Assembly (NCBI GenBank): GCA_031416315.1
Contig: JANOTL010000146.1
Span: forward strand, 34,077 to 98,076
Length of the DNA: 64,000 bases
Source of the DNA: Pseudomonadota bacterium
Lineage (GTDB): Bacteria > Bdellovibrionota_B > Oligoflexia > Oligoflexales > CAIYRB01
Reading direction: 5' to 3'
The position numbers and the translations under genes were made by a program. Positions 18,344-27,249 of the stretch are shown here, piece by piece. Position 1 is the stretch's first letter. Each line of letters begins with the position of its first letter. A model generated the notes under the pieces. That model had not been told where the DNA came from. It ran no database searches and worked only from the letters and a program-made list of their open reading frames with translations.

Positions 18344-19168
18344 TCATTTGCCGAATTCGCACACGACATCGTCGAGGAGACTCGGGCGAAGTCCTATGCC
18401 GCAAGCAAGCTTCGCCAGCTCGAATTTCGCCTCGCATGCACTCGGCGCTCGAGCCTCGAGAGGCTTCGGCAAATCCGCGCCGACCGCTTTAAGCGCGCGG
18501 CAAAAAGCCGGCCGCGACGGCTCCTTGCAAGGCTCCGCCTGAAACGCCGGACACTCGCCGTCCAAAGATTGTGTCGCGCAGGCGACACCCTTGAGCTTGC
18601 GCGGATCGAGGCGCGCGCGGCACCCCGACGCCTTGATCGCATGCTCCGCGTAGCAGCGGCTCATGCCGTGCGCGCGCACGGCTTGCTCGGCGCTCAGCCG
18701 CTGCTCGCCGTAGATCGTGGCGATGCACGTCGACGGAGAGAGAACGTGCGGGCACGTCGGCGGCGGCGGCGGACAGTAGCCCTCGCTCGGATCGGGAACG
18801 CACTCGACGCGCGCGAGCTTCGACGGACGCAGGCCGTTGCCGCAGGCCGCGCGCGCGAGATTCAGCCGCGCGACGCAGAGGTTCGGGCCCCAGGCATAGA
18901 CTTCCTTCGAGGGCACTAGCGGCAAACCTTCATGCTCTTTCGCGGAGCAAGCCATCGGCTCCACCTGATTGCCGCAGACGACGTCCGCGACCGGACATTC
19001 CTTCGCTCCCGGCGTCGCGGGCGCGAGCTGCGGCGCCGAGCTGGTTTGCATAGGCGGCGCACCGCGCACGTCGCTCGTGTCGCTCGTGGTCGAACGGCAA
19101 GCGGAGACGAAGAGCGTGGCGAGCACGACGAACGTCGCGACGAGCTGAGGTGCCGGGAAAAATCTCAT
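18344..19168 (-). CDS. Lipoprotein with three 6-Cys repeats (Kazal-like)
   Basis: Lipobox FVSAC; three repeats CP..C...P..C...C.A...L...AC...LRP..L..V.C. Confidence 0.7.
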   Translation of the reverse strand: MRFFPAPQLVATFVVLATLFVSACRSTTSDTSDVRGAPPMQTSSAPQLAPATPGAKECPVADVVCGNQVEPMACSAKEHEGLPLVPSKEVYAWGPNLCVARLNLARAACGNGLRPSKLARVECVPDPSEGYCPPPPPTCPHVLSPSTCIATIYGEQRLSAEQAVRAHGMSRCYAEHAIKASGCRARLDPRKLKGVACATQSLDGECPAFQAEPCKEPSRPAFCRALKAVGADLPKPLEARAPSACEAKFELAKLACGIGLRPSLLDDVVCEFGK

Positions 19169-19186
19169 GGTCCTGAGATTGTACGA

Positions 19187-20452
19187 TCAGCTGCCCGTGA
19201 AGGGTACGGAGGTCGCGCCGCCGAGCGGGTCCATCGTCCGAATGTCGGCAGCGTTCTGGCCGCCGTTGGCGGGCTGTTGCGCGACCGGCTTGGCTGCAGG
19301 CTGTGCGGCCTGCTGCTCAGGCTTCGCAGGCTGAGACTCTCCAGGAGTCCCTTCAACAGGCTGAGGTGCCGCAGTTGCGCCTTGTTGTGCCGCTGGCGCC
19401 GCTCCCGGCAAGCCCTGCGGTCCTGCTGCGCCTGCAGCCTGCATGGCTGCTTGCATCGCGGCTTGGATCGTTTCGGGGCTCATTCCCTCAGCACCTGCGA
19501 TGGTCATCGCGGGCGGCACGGCGCCAGCGTTCGCTTGTGCTTCTTTTAGCACTTTACCAAAAGTCCCTTGGTCTCCGACCGAAGCGACCTCGTTGATTCC
19601 GATCTTGCCGACATCCGTGTAGAAGGAGCCGCCCAGATCCTTCAGATCAACGCCCGTCACCCGGACGTTCGCTTTCACGCGGACGTCCACCGGCTGACCC
19701 TGCACGTCCTTCGCGATGAAGCCGAAGGAGTAGATGCCGTCCTTCACCGGCTTGCCGGCCCCGTCCAAGCCCTTCCAGGTGAGTTTGTGCTCGCCGATCG
19801 GCTTCTGCCCGATCTGCTCGGTGGAGACGACCGCGCCGGAAGAGTCGCGCACTTCGAGCGTGAGCTGCGAGACGTCCTTCTCGAGGTCCATCGTCGCGTC
19901 GGTCAGCTTGCCCTTCTGCCAGTTGAGCTTGCCGTTATCGATCGACAGCTCCTTGCCGACGAACGAAACGAGGTTCACCGCGCGGCTCGTCTGGTTCTCC
20001 GCCGACATCTTCTCGAGCGTCTTGTTGATGTTCAGCATCTGCTCCAGGCCGTCGAACTGCGCCAGCTGCGCCGCCATCTCGGAGCTCTTGTCGGGATTCA
20101 GCGGGTCCTGATTCTGCACCTGGGTGATGAAGAGCTTCAGGAAGGCGTCTTTGTCGAGCTTGTTGCCCGGCGTCCGCGCGTTGGCGCTGTTGATCTTCTG
20201 CGCCATCGCCGCGGCGAACTCCTCGTCCGTCTTCGCGGCGGCCAGGCCGTTGCCGTTCTTCATCGCCGCGCGCGCCCGAGAGGCGTCGTCGTTCGAATTC
20301 ATCATCAGGTCCTTGAACGACGTTTTCGTCGTGCCCGTTGAGTCCTTCGCCGCCGGCGGCGTCTTGATCTTCGCCTCCGGATTCAAATCCAGCGGCTTCT
20401 GCTCCAGCGGCGGGCTGATGCGATTTTTGAGATCGACGCTATTCATCGCCAT
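19187..20452 (-). CDS. flgD: Flagellar hook-capping protein FlgD
   Basis: LDKDAFLKLFITQVQNQDPLNP...AQLAQF..LEQM.NIN; Ig-like WKGLDGAGKPVKDGIYSF. Confidence 0.93.
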   Translation of the reverse strand: MAMNSVDLKNRISPPLEQKPLDLNPEAKIKTPPAAKDSTGTTKTSFKDLMMNSNDDASRARAAMKNGNGLAAAKTDEEFAAAMAQKINSANARTPGNKLDKDAFLKLFITQVQNQDPLNPDKSSEMAAQLAQFDGLEQMLNINKTLEKMSAENQTSRAVNLVSFVGKELSIDNGKLNWQKGKLTDATMDLEKDVSQLTLEVRDSSGAVVSTEQIGQKPIGEHKLTWKGLDGAGKPVKDGIYSFGFIAKDVQGQPVDVRVKANVRVTGVDLKDLGGSFYTDVGKIGINEVASVGDQGTFGKVLKEAQANAGAVPPAMTIAGAEGMSPETIQAAMQAAMQAAGAAGPQGLPGAAPAAQQGATAAPQPVEGTPGESQPAKPEQQAAQPAAKPVAQQPANGGQNAADIRTMDPLGGATSVPFTGS

Positions 20453-20464
20453 CGCGTTTTACCC

Positions 20465-22819
20465 TCAAGCACGGACTTGGATGCGGCCGGGGGCGACCGA
20501 AAGGCGCGACGCCGCGAGCGACGGCGCGATCACGTCGCGCAGGGCTGCGGTCGACTTGACGACCGGAGGCGCCTCGCCGAAACGCTGCCGCTGCTGCTGT
20601 TGATGGTTCTGGTTCTGCTGGAAGCCGCCGGCGAAGCCGGAGAATCCGCCATGCGGCTCGTGCTGCGGCTGCTTGCCGCCCACGCCGACTTCGACCTTGC
20701 CGAGCTGCACGTGTTGCGCCGACAGCGCATCACGCAGCTTCGAGAGACCGTCGGTCATCATCTCGCGCGCGCGGTCGCTGCTGGCCAAGATCTTCAGGTC
20801 GACGCGGTCGCCGTCGACCATCTTCACCGCGAGCTCCATCCGGCCGATCTCGGCGTTCCCGACATCGAGGCGCACCACGCCGCCACCGTCTTTAGCCAGA
20901 TAGGTCGCCCGCTCGACGATCTTCTGCATCATGTCGGCGCGCTCTTGCGGCGACATCAGGATTGGATCGGCCTTCGGCGCGTCCAAGGTGAAGCGCTCGG
21001 ACGCGTCCATTTTGTGCAGCGATTGTAGGCTCACGTGCTCGGGGGCAACGCCACTCGCCGCCTCACCGAAGCCCTGCTCCTTGCGCTCGTCCTGGTTGCC
21101 GAAGCCACCGCCGTCACGCGCGCCGGATCTCTCGCCCCGGCCTTCGATCATCGCGAGCGGCGCGGCGAGGCGTAGCTCCTCGATAGGCATTCTGGCGCCA
21201 GCGGCGGTCGGAGCCTGCGGGGCGGCGACTGAGGGCAGCATGCTCAAGGAATCCGACGTTGCCCGCTCGGGACGATCGCCGCGCAACGACGCCAGTGCGT
21301 CGACCAAGGCGGGCGTCGGCACGTTTCCGGCCGCGACGTTCGTCATGGGGACGTTCGTCATGGGGACGTTCGTCATGGGGACGTTCTTCATGGGGACGTT
21401 CGTCATGGCAAGGTTCGTGAGCGCGCTGTTCGATGCTCCAGTCGCCGCTCCGTTCGCCATCCCGATCGGCGCGCTGGTCACGCTGATCGCTTCGGTCGTC
21501 GGGTTACCCATGCCGGCGAACTGTGCCATCACGTCCTGCGGCGACGCGGCGCCTTCGGAGCGCAGCGCCGCTTCGATCCAAGCATTCATCTCGGGCTTCG
21601 CCGCGGCCGCGACGTCTTTCGGGGAGGTTGGCGCTTGCGGAGCGATCGTCACCAGCTCGATGTCGCTCGCCGCCAGGCGCTCGCCCATCTGCGCGAACGC
21701 GTCGAAGCTCGCGGCATGGAACTGCGGTGCCCTCGGCATCGCCGCCACCGCGGGAGTCGCTACCGAAGCGGGCTGGGCCGCCAGAAAGTCCTGGGGCAGA
21801 CTGTCGGCCGAGATCATCGAGCGGGCGCTGCGCGGATTCGCGCTGGGGCCATCGGCCTTCACGCGCGGCATCGTGACGCTCGCGCCCATCTGCTGGGCCT
21901 GGGGAGTCTGCGGGGCCTGCAGCGTCTGCGGCGTCTGCGGCGTGCTCATCGCGACCGCATTCGCGAGTTCCGGAGTCGGCATCACCGGGAGCTGGATCGG
22001 CTGCGGCAGGCCTGGCGTCATCGCCTCGAGCGGTGCCCCCGCCTTCTTGCTCGGACTCGCCGCGCGCGGATCGTCGATCTGCACCTTGCCCGGGAGCTCG
22101 GCGCTCGCCCGAAGCGCCGCGGCGCGCGCGAGGTAGGGCGCGATGCCGTTCGTCGCCAGATTGTCTTTGAGGAGCTTGAGCTCGGCCGACACACGCTGCG
22201 GGTCGACGCCGATCGCCTTGAAGAGCTCGTTGGCGGTGATGTTCGCCTTGAGGTCGATGCCGAGACTCTCGGCCTCGTCGATCAAGGCGTCCGGCAGCTC
22301 GAGGTCAGAGACCAGATCGCCGAGCTCCATTCCGGTGGTCAGGAAGGCCTGAAGATCGGGCTGCGCCATCGCGGTCGTCAGAAAGTCGTTGCCGGTCACC
22401 AGCTCCGGAATGTCGCCTGGAACCAGCCTTTCCAGGTGGCCGGTCAGGAAGGCGACGACCGGCGTCTCCTCGAGCTCACGACGATTCGCGAGCGCCGCCT
22501 GGCGCAGGGGTTGCGCGAGCCCCGGCTTCTGCGGGTCTTTGCCCTCGCCCTTTGCGGCGTCCGGGCCGTCGGCCTTGCCGACGTCTTTCCCGGGCTCCTT
22601 GCCGTCGGCCTTCAACGGCTCCTTGCCGTCGGCTTTCGCCGGCGCGGCCTTCGTCGGGACTTCCTTGGCCGAAGCATCCTTGAGCGCCGGGCCTTCGAGC
22701 TCCTCGCTGAAGCTTTTCCCACCCGACGCGGCTTTCGCCTCACGCCTCGGCGCGGGCGTGGAGACTGGCGGCGGCGCCAGCAGCGGGTTGGTTTGCGTTT
22801 TCTTCAGGTCGAAGGCCAC
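20465..22819 (-). CDS. fliK: Flagellar hook-length control protein FliK
   Basis: Long Pro/Ala-rich body; C-terminal GVVRLDVGNAEIGRMELAV...LRDAL..Q.V.LG.VEV followed by a Gln-rich tail; directly upstream of flgD. Confidence 0.85.
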   Translation of the reverse strand: MAFDLKKTQTNPLLAPPPVSTPAPRREAKAASGGKSFSEELEGPALKDASAKEVPTKAAPAKADGKEPLKADGKEPGKDVGKADGPDAAKGEGKDPQKPGLAQPLRQAALANRRELEETPVVAFLTGHLERLVPGDIPELVTGNDFLTTAMAQPDLQAFLTTGMELGDLVSDLELPDALIDEAESLGIDLKANITANELFKAIGVDPQRVSAELKLLKDNLATNGIAPYLARAAALRASAELPGKVQIDDPRAASPSKKAGAPLEAMTPGLPQPIQLPVMPTPELANAVAMSTPQTPQTLQAPQTPQAQQMGASVTMPRVKADGPSANPRSARSMISADSLPQDFLAAQPASVATPAVAAMPRAPQFHAASFDAFAQMGERLAASDIELVTIAPQAPTSPKDVAAAAKPEMNAWIEAALRSEGAASPQDVMAQFAGMGNPTTEAISVTSAPIGMANGAATGASNSALTNLAMTNVPMKNVPMTNVPMTNVPMTNVAAGNVPTPALVDALASLRGDRPERATSDSLSMLPSVAAPQAPTAAGARMPIEELRLAAPLAMIEGRGERSGARDGGGFGNQDERKEQGFGEAASGVAPEHVSLQSLHKMDASERFTLDAPKADPILMSPQERADMMQKIVERATYLAKDGGGVVRLDVGNAEIGRMELAVKMVDGDRVDLKILASSDRAREMMTDGLSKLRDALSAQHVQLGKVEVGVGGKQPQHEPHGGFSGFAGGFQQNQNHQQQQRQRFGEAPPVVKSTAALRDVIAPSLAASRLSVAPGRIQVRA
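21335..21409. repeat. 15-bp tandem repeat, 5 copies, inside fliK (encodes MTNVP repeats)
   Basis: GACGTTCGTCATGGG x3, then GACGTTCTTCATGGG and GACGTTCGTCATGGC. Confidence 0.95.
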
Positions 22820-22861
22820 TCAAGTTCTCGCGAGGAATACCGATGGTGAGTCGACTACCAT

Positions 22862-22879
22862 AAGCACGTCTCGTGCCAG
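22862..22879 (-). promoter_or_regulatory. Sigma54 (-24/-12) promoter for fliK-flgD
   Basis: Minus strand CTGGCACGAGACGTGCTT gives GG-N10-GC, about 45 bp upstream of the fliK start. Confidence 0.75.
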
Positions 22880-22946
22880 CCGCCCCGCGACGGAACTCTT
22901 GCGCAATTCAGGCGCCGGAGCCCTGTGCGCGCGGCAACTCCTGCCT

Positions 22947-23768
22947 TTAGCGGGCAGCGATTGCCGGATGCGCCGCGATCCAAGCCGCCACGGCCGCCGT
23001 CAGCTCGTCCGCACGGTCGAGCGTCAATTCGTGCCCCCCGCCGGCGACCGGCGACAGCGAGGAATTCGGCAACAATTTAGCCAGTTTAATACTGTTCGCG
23101 TTCGGCACGAAAGCATCGTCCGTACCGTACACGACGAGCGTCGGAACGCGCATTTCCTTGAGGCGCTCGCGCACGCGAAAACGCGCGGCCGAGCTCAATT
23201 GCGCGACCACCGTACGCGCATGCAGCCCGTCGGATGCCGCAATTGCCGCATATTTCGCCGCGATCTCCGCCTGCTTCGCCGCGGAGCAATCCTTGCCGAC
23301 CATCGCGCGCGCGAGGTTCGCATGGAGCTTCTCCTTCGGCCCGAGCGCGCCGGAAATCAAGCCGTAGGCTCCCGGAAAGCTCATGCGCAACGTCTTTTGC
23401 CCGGCGATGCTGGTGTTCACGGTGATCAGGCTGCGACAGCGCTCGGGATGACGGAGCCCGCAACCGAGCGTCACCATGCCGCCGAGCGAGACGCCGAAGA
23501 TATGCGCCTGCGGGATCTTCAACGCCGTCAGCACGTCGGCGACGTCGTCGGCAAGATCGAAGAGCGAGGTCGTCATCCCGTGCGGCAAGGTCGAACGGCC
23601 GATGCCGCGGAGCTCCATTGTGATCACTTGGAACCGCTCGGCGAGCTTCCGATCGTAGCCGAGCCAGTGCTTGATCGAGCGCCCGAGCCCGCGCAGCATG
23701 ACGAGCGGCTCGCCCTCGCCGTGGACTTCGTAGTAAATCGCGCCCTGCTTTTTCGCTAGAGTCGGCAT
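22947..23768 (-). CDS. Alpha/beta fold hydrolase
   Basis: IYYEVHGEGEPLV, RGIGRS, nucleophile elbow GVSLGG, GTDD and GGGH. Confidence 0.9.
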   Translation of the reverse strand: MPTLAKKQGAIYYEVHGEGEPLVMLRGLGRSIKHWLGYDRKLAERFQVITMELRGIGRSTLPHGMTTSLFDLADDVADVLTALKIPQAHIFGVSLGGMVTLGCGLRHPERCRSLITVNTSIAGQKTLRMSFPGAYGLISGALGPKEKLHANLARAMVGKDCSAAKQAEIAAKYAAIAASDGLHARTVVAQLSSAARFRVRERLKEMRVPTLVVYGTDDAFVPNANSIKLAKLLPNSSLSPVAGGGHELTLDRADELTAAVAAWIAAHPAIAAR

Positions 23769-23777
23769 CGCCCTCGA

Positions 23778-26354
23778 TTATACCCGATCCGGCGTCGCTT
23801 TATCCTCGAGGTCCTGCACGCGATCAGAGACTTTGCGCAGCTTCGCGAGGAGCTCTTCCTGCTGCTTCTGCAGCTCGGCGACCTTGTCGTCGTCGCCGCG
23901 ACGCAGCCCGGCCAGGATCTCGTCGACGGCGACTGCTTCCTGATGCGGCAGCGTGTTGCGGAACGCCTCGAGCCCTTCGGCCGCTTCCTTAACACGACCT
24001 AAACGAACGGCGCGCGCCGCCGTATGCTGAATCTGACGGTCCGGATCGCGCAGCAAGTCGATGAGCTTCTCGTGCGCTCTCGCGCGCGCCTTGCGCTCGG
24101 CGAAAGGGGCCAGGGCCGCCAGCCCGTAGAGTGCGCCGCCGCGGGCGCGGAAATGCGTCTTTCCGAGCGCTGCCTTGCCTTCGAGAAAGCCCACCACTTC
24201 GTCCTTCCGCGACATGCCGATCGCCTGCAGCGCCGCGTGAGCCTCGTGCCCGTAACGCCGGTTCTCCTGCTCGGCCGCCTTGGTCAAGAGCTCGATCGGC
24301 GCCTCGTTGCGTTGCGCGCCGAGCGCGTAATACGCCGACGCCGTCGCCGTCGGGCCGAGGTCTTTTTTCGCAAGCCGCGCCTTCACCGCCTCGGCGATCC
24401 GCGCGTCGCGGAAATGCCCGGCGCGCGCCATCACGGACGGCAATACCAGTGGATCCTTTTCCTGCGCCACGAGCTCGCAGAGGCCGAGGATCGCGTCGTC
24501 CGTTCCGGCCTTCTTCAAGGCCGCCGCGATCTCGCGGCGCACTCCCCAGAAAGGCTCTTTCCGCCAGGCTTCGACCAGCTCGCGCACGTTTGCGCGCTTG
24601 CCCGTCTCCGCCAGAGCGAACGCCGCGTGAATCCGGCCGCCGACGTCCTTCGCCTCCCGCAGCTGCTTCCGCAGCTTCTCGTCGCCCGGCTGCATCTCGA
24701 GCTTGTGCAGCGCCTTCCAAAAGGGGTCAAAGCGCACCATCTCGGGGTCGGAGGCCATCGGCACCTGGAACGACTGGCGCACCTCGCTCAGCTCGATCGC
24801 CATCGTCTCGGTCTTGCCGGCGATCGTCCACCCGAGGTCGGTCTTCAGGCGGAAGGGGCGGATCCCCTTTTTATCGTCGACCTGCTTCTGGACGATCTCG
24901 AAGCTACCGACCTTCTTTTCCTTGTCGTACGTGAAGGTGACTTTCAGGTTCGGGTAACCGGCGGTGAACACCCACTGGTCGAAGAGCTGCTGCAACGAAC
25001 GGCCGCAGCTGGCCTCGAGCTTCTTGCGGAAGTCGTCGGTTTCGACGGTTTTCTCGCGGTACGTGGTGAGGTAGTCGTTCACGCCTCGCCAGAAGTTGAC
25101 GTCGCCGATCTCGTTACGGATCGTGTGCAGGCGGCACGCGCCGCCCGGATAGAGGTGGCGGTCGTACATCTGCCAAGAGGAGGCGAACTTGCGCGTCACG
25201 AGGGGACGCGAGTAATGCTCGTCGGCCTCCTCGAAATATGCCCGCGCGTTGCAGATCAGGTCGTACTGCTGCTCGTCTTCGCCGCGCTTGTCCTCGAGCC
25301 AGCAGGTCTCCATATAGGTGGCCCACGACTCCTTCAGCCAGGCATGCGCGAAATCGCGGCAAACCACGAGGTCGCCGAAGTAGCTGTGCGCCATCTCGTG
25401 CACGTTTACCTGATCGACGAGCCAGGTGCGCTCCGGCGCGATGCGCTCGTCGTGCACGAACGTGTCGCTCCAGCTGACGAGCGAGATATTCTCCATGGCG
25501 CCGCCGAACTGCGGCAAGGCGAACTGGTAGTACTTCGGGAAAGGAAACGGCACGCCGAGCTTCGCCGTCATCCAGCCGAGCATCTCCTTCGTCCGGCCGA
25601 ACGAGCGCTTCAGATCGTCCGGGCGGAAGTCCTTGCCCGCGAAATAGGCGACGGGCAGGCCCTGGAACTCGCCGTCGTCGAGCCGGATGAAGTCACCGAT
25701 CGCGAAGCACACCAAATAGCTCGGGCAGCGCTGGTCGAGCTTCCAAACCGCGGTCTTCGTGCCGTCCGCGTTCTTCGTCTCGGACTGCAGGGCGCCGTTC
25801 GCCAGGATCGTCAGGTCGGCCTTCGCCGTGAGGTGGAACTCCAGGGTCGTGCGTACGTTCGGCAGGTCGATCGTCGGCAGCCAATGGCGCGCCAGCTCGG
25901 TCTCGTGATCGGTCGCGGCGTACAGAGACTTCGTCGGCTCGGCGGCCGTCGGCTTCATGAACAGGAGACCCGCCGTCGGCTGCTCGACGCGGTACGTCAC
26001 CTCCAGCCCGCGCTTCTCGCCCACCGTGAACGGTTTTGACCAGCGCACCCACAGCTTCTTCCCGTCGTAGCCGTGCTCCAGCCCGCCGTCTTTCGCGTCA
26101 CGCACCGTGACGGCGTCGAATGCCACCGCATCGAGCTCTAAAAGCTGCGCGCCGTCGCGATTGCACACGATCGTATGCGTGACGGTCCCGGTCGCGGTCT
26201 GAGCCTCGAGATCCAACAGCAAGGCGATCTTTAGATGTATGGGCTCGAGCTCCAGGCTCGGCGGGTACTGCTCGATCGCGGCCGGTCCGCCGAAGATCTC
26301 GTGGCGTCCGTGGGCGTGACGGCAGGCGTGCTCGCGCTGGGAAAAGTAGTCCAT
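23778..26354 (-). CDS. M1 family aminopeptidase with C-terminal HEAT repeats and coiled coil
   Basis: GGAMEN, HEMAHSYFGDLV...WLKESWA and LYPGGA motifs. Confidence 0.92.
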   Translation of the reverse strand: MDYFSQREHACRHAHGRHEIFGGPAAIEQYPPSLELEPIHLKIALLLDLEAQTATGTVTHTIVCNRDGAQLLELDAVAFDAVTVRDAKDGGLEHGYDGKKLWVRWSKPFTVGEKRGLEVTYRVEQPTAGLLFMKPTAAEPTKSLYAATDHETELARHWLPTIDLPNVRTTLEFHLTAKADLTILANGALQSETKNADGTKTAVWKLDQRCPSYLVCFAIGDFIRLDDGEFQGLPVAYFAGKDFRPDDLKRSFGRTKEMLGWMTAKLGVPFPFPKYYQFALPQFGGAMENISLVSWSDTFVHDERIAPERTWLVDQVNVHEMAHSYFGDLVVCRDFAHAWLKESWATYMETCWLEDKRGEDEQQYDLICNARAYFEEADEHYSRPLVTRKFASSWQMYDRHLYPGGACRLHTIRNEIGDVNFWRGVNDYLTTYREKTVETDDFRKKLEASCGRSLQQLFDQWVFTAGYPNLKVTFTYDKEKKVGSFEIVQKQVDDKKGIRPFRLKTDLGWTIAGKTETMAIELSEVRQSFQVPMASDPEMVRFDPFWKALHKLEMQPGDEKLRKQLREAKDVGGRIHAAFALAETGKRANVRELVEAWRKEPFWGVRREIAAALKKAGTDDAILGLCELVAQEKDPLVLPSVMARAGHFRDARIAEAVKARLAKKDLGPTATASAYYALGAQRNEAPIELLTKAAEQENRRYGHEAHAALQAIGMSRKDEVVGFLEGKAALGKTHFRARGGALYGLAALAPFAERKARARAHEKLIDLLRDPDRQIQHTAARAVRLGRVKEAAEGLEAFRNTLPHQEAVAVDEILAGLRRGDDDKVAELQKQQEELLAKLRKVSDRVQDLEDKATPDRV

Positions 26355-26463
26355 AAAGATTCCCTAACTTGGCGGAATGACAGGCATGGACACATATCAA
26401 ACAAATCCACAGCTTGTCCACAGGCCGTCCCGCACTAGGGCTTCCCGCCGTCGCGGGTTTCAG

Positions 26464-26492
26464 TTGACAGTCCAAGCCTGCTCGACGAATAT
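26464..26492 (+). promoter_or_regulatory. Putative sigma70 promoter of rplU-rpmA
   Basis: Perfect TTGACA at 26464-26469; weak -10 (GAATAT) at 17 bp spacing. Confidence 0.4.
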
Positions 26493-26529
26493 GCAGGGCT
26501 CTCGCATCCCGCCCGTTCTGGAGTTTACG

Positions 26530-26838
26530 ATGTACGCGGTTATCGATACCGGCTCCCGTCAGTTCAAGGTCACCGAAGGCCAGATCCTGGTCCTCGATCG
26601 CGTCCCGGGCAATGAAGGCGACAAGTTCACCTTCAAGAACGTCCTGATGATCGGCGGCGCCAAGACCGTCATCGGCGCCCCCCAAGTTGCCGGCGCCACC
26701 GTCGAAGCGACGATCAAGAGCCACACCAAGGGCGACAAGATCCTCGTCTTCAAATACAAGCGCCGCAAAAACTACAAGCGCACGCAGGGCCATCGTCAGC
26801 CGCTGACGACGCTCGAGATCAACAAGATCAACGGCTGA
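26530..26838 (+). CDS. rplU: 50S ribosomal protein L21
   Basis: MYAVIDTGSRQFKV...FKYKRRKNYKRTQGHRQ. Confidence 0.97.
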   Translation: MYAVIDTGSRQFKVTEGQILVLDRVPGNEGDKFTFKNVLMIGGAKTVIGAPQVAGATVEATIKSHTKGDKILVFKYKRRKNYKRTQGHRQPLTTLEINKING

Positions 26839-26866
26839 GCAGCCGTTTCTCCTGAGGTAGCCCTTC

Positions 26867-27124
26867 ATGGCACATAAGAAAGCTGGTGGTAGTAGCCGCA
26901 ACGGTCGCGATTCGAACCCTCAGTACCGCGGTACGAAGGTTTACGGCGGCCAGACGGTGACGGCGGGATCGATCCTGGTCCGCCAGGTCGGCAGCACGAT
27001 CAAGCCGGGCAAAAACGTCGGCCTCGGCCGCGATTTCTCGCTCTTCGCCCTGATCGACGGCGTCGTCGCATACGACACCGTCGCCGGCGGCCGCAAGCGC
27101 GCGAGCATCCTTCCGCAAGCCTGA
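26867..27124 (+). CDS. rpmA: 50S ribosomal protein L27
   Basis: [16 protein letters not shown]...GSILVRQ.G...PGKNVG.GRD. Confidence 0.98.
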   Translation: MAHKKAGGSSRNGRDSNPQYRGTKVYGGQTVTAGSILVRQVGSTIKPGKNVGLGRDFSLFALIDGVVAYDTVAGGRKRASILPQA

Positions 27125-27138
27125 TCCGATTTTTCCGG

Positions 27139-27172
27139 GACGCGGCACGGAGCTTCTCCGTCGCCGCGTTTC
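27139..27172 (+). terminator. Hairpin after rpmA, terminator- or REP-like
   Basis: GACGCGGC-ACGGAG-CTT-CTCCGT-C-GCCGCGTT, followed by a pyrimidine-rich tract. Confidence 0.55.
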
Positions 27173-27249
27173 GTTCCTCGCTCCTGCTCCTACCTCCTCC
27201 CACTGCATCCCCATCCATATCCGCCTCGTGTCAAACGGGTCCTCGTCCT

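Noticed and set aside
21335..21409. 15-bp repeats as a possible CRISPR array
   Set aside because: There are no spacers, the units are in frame within fliK, and no cas genes are present.
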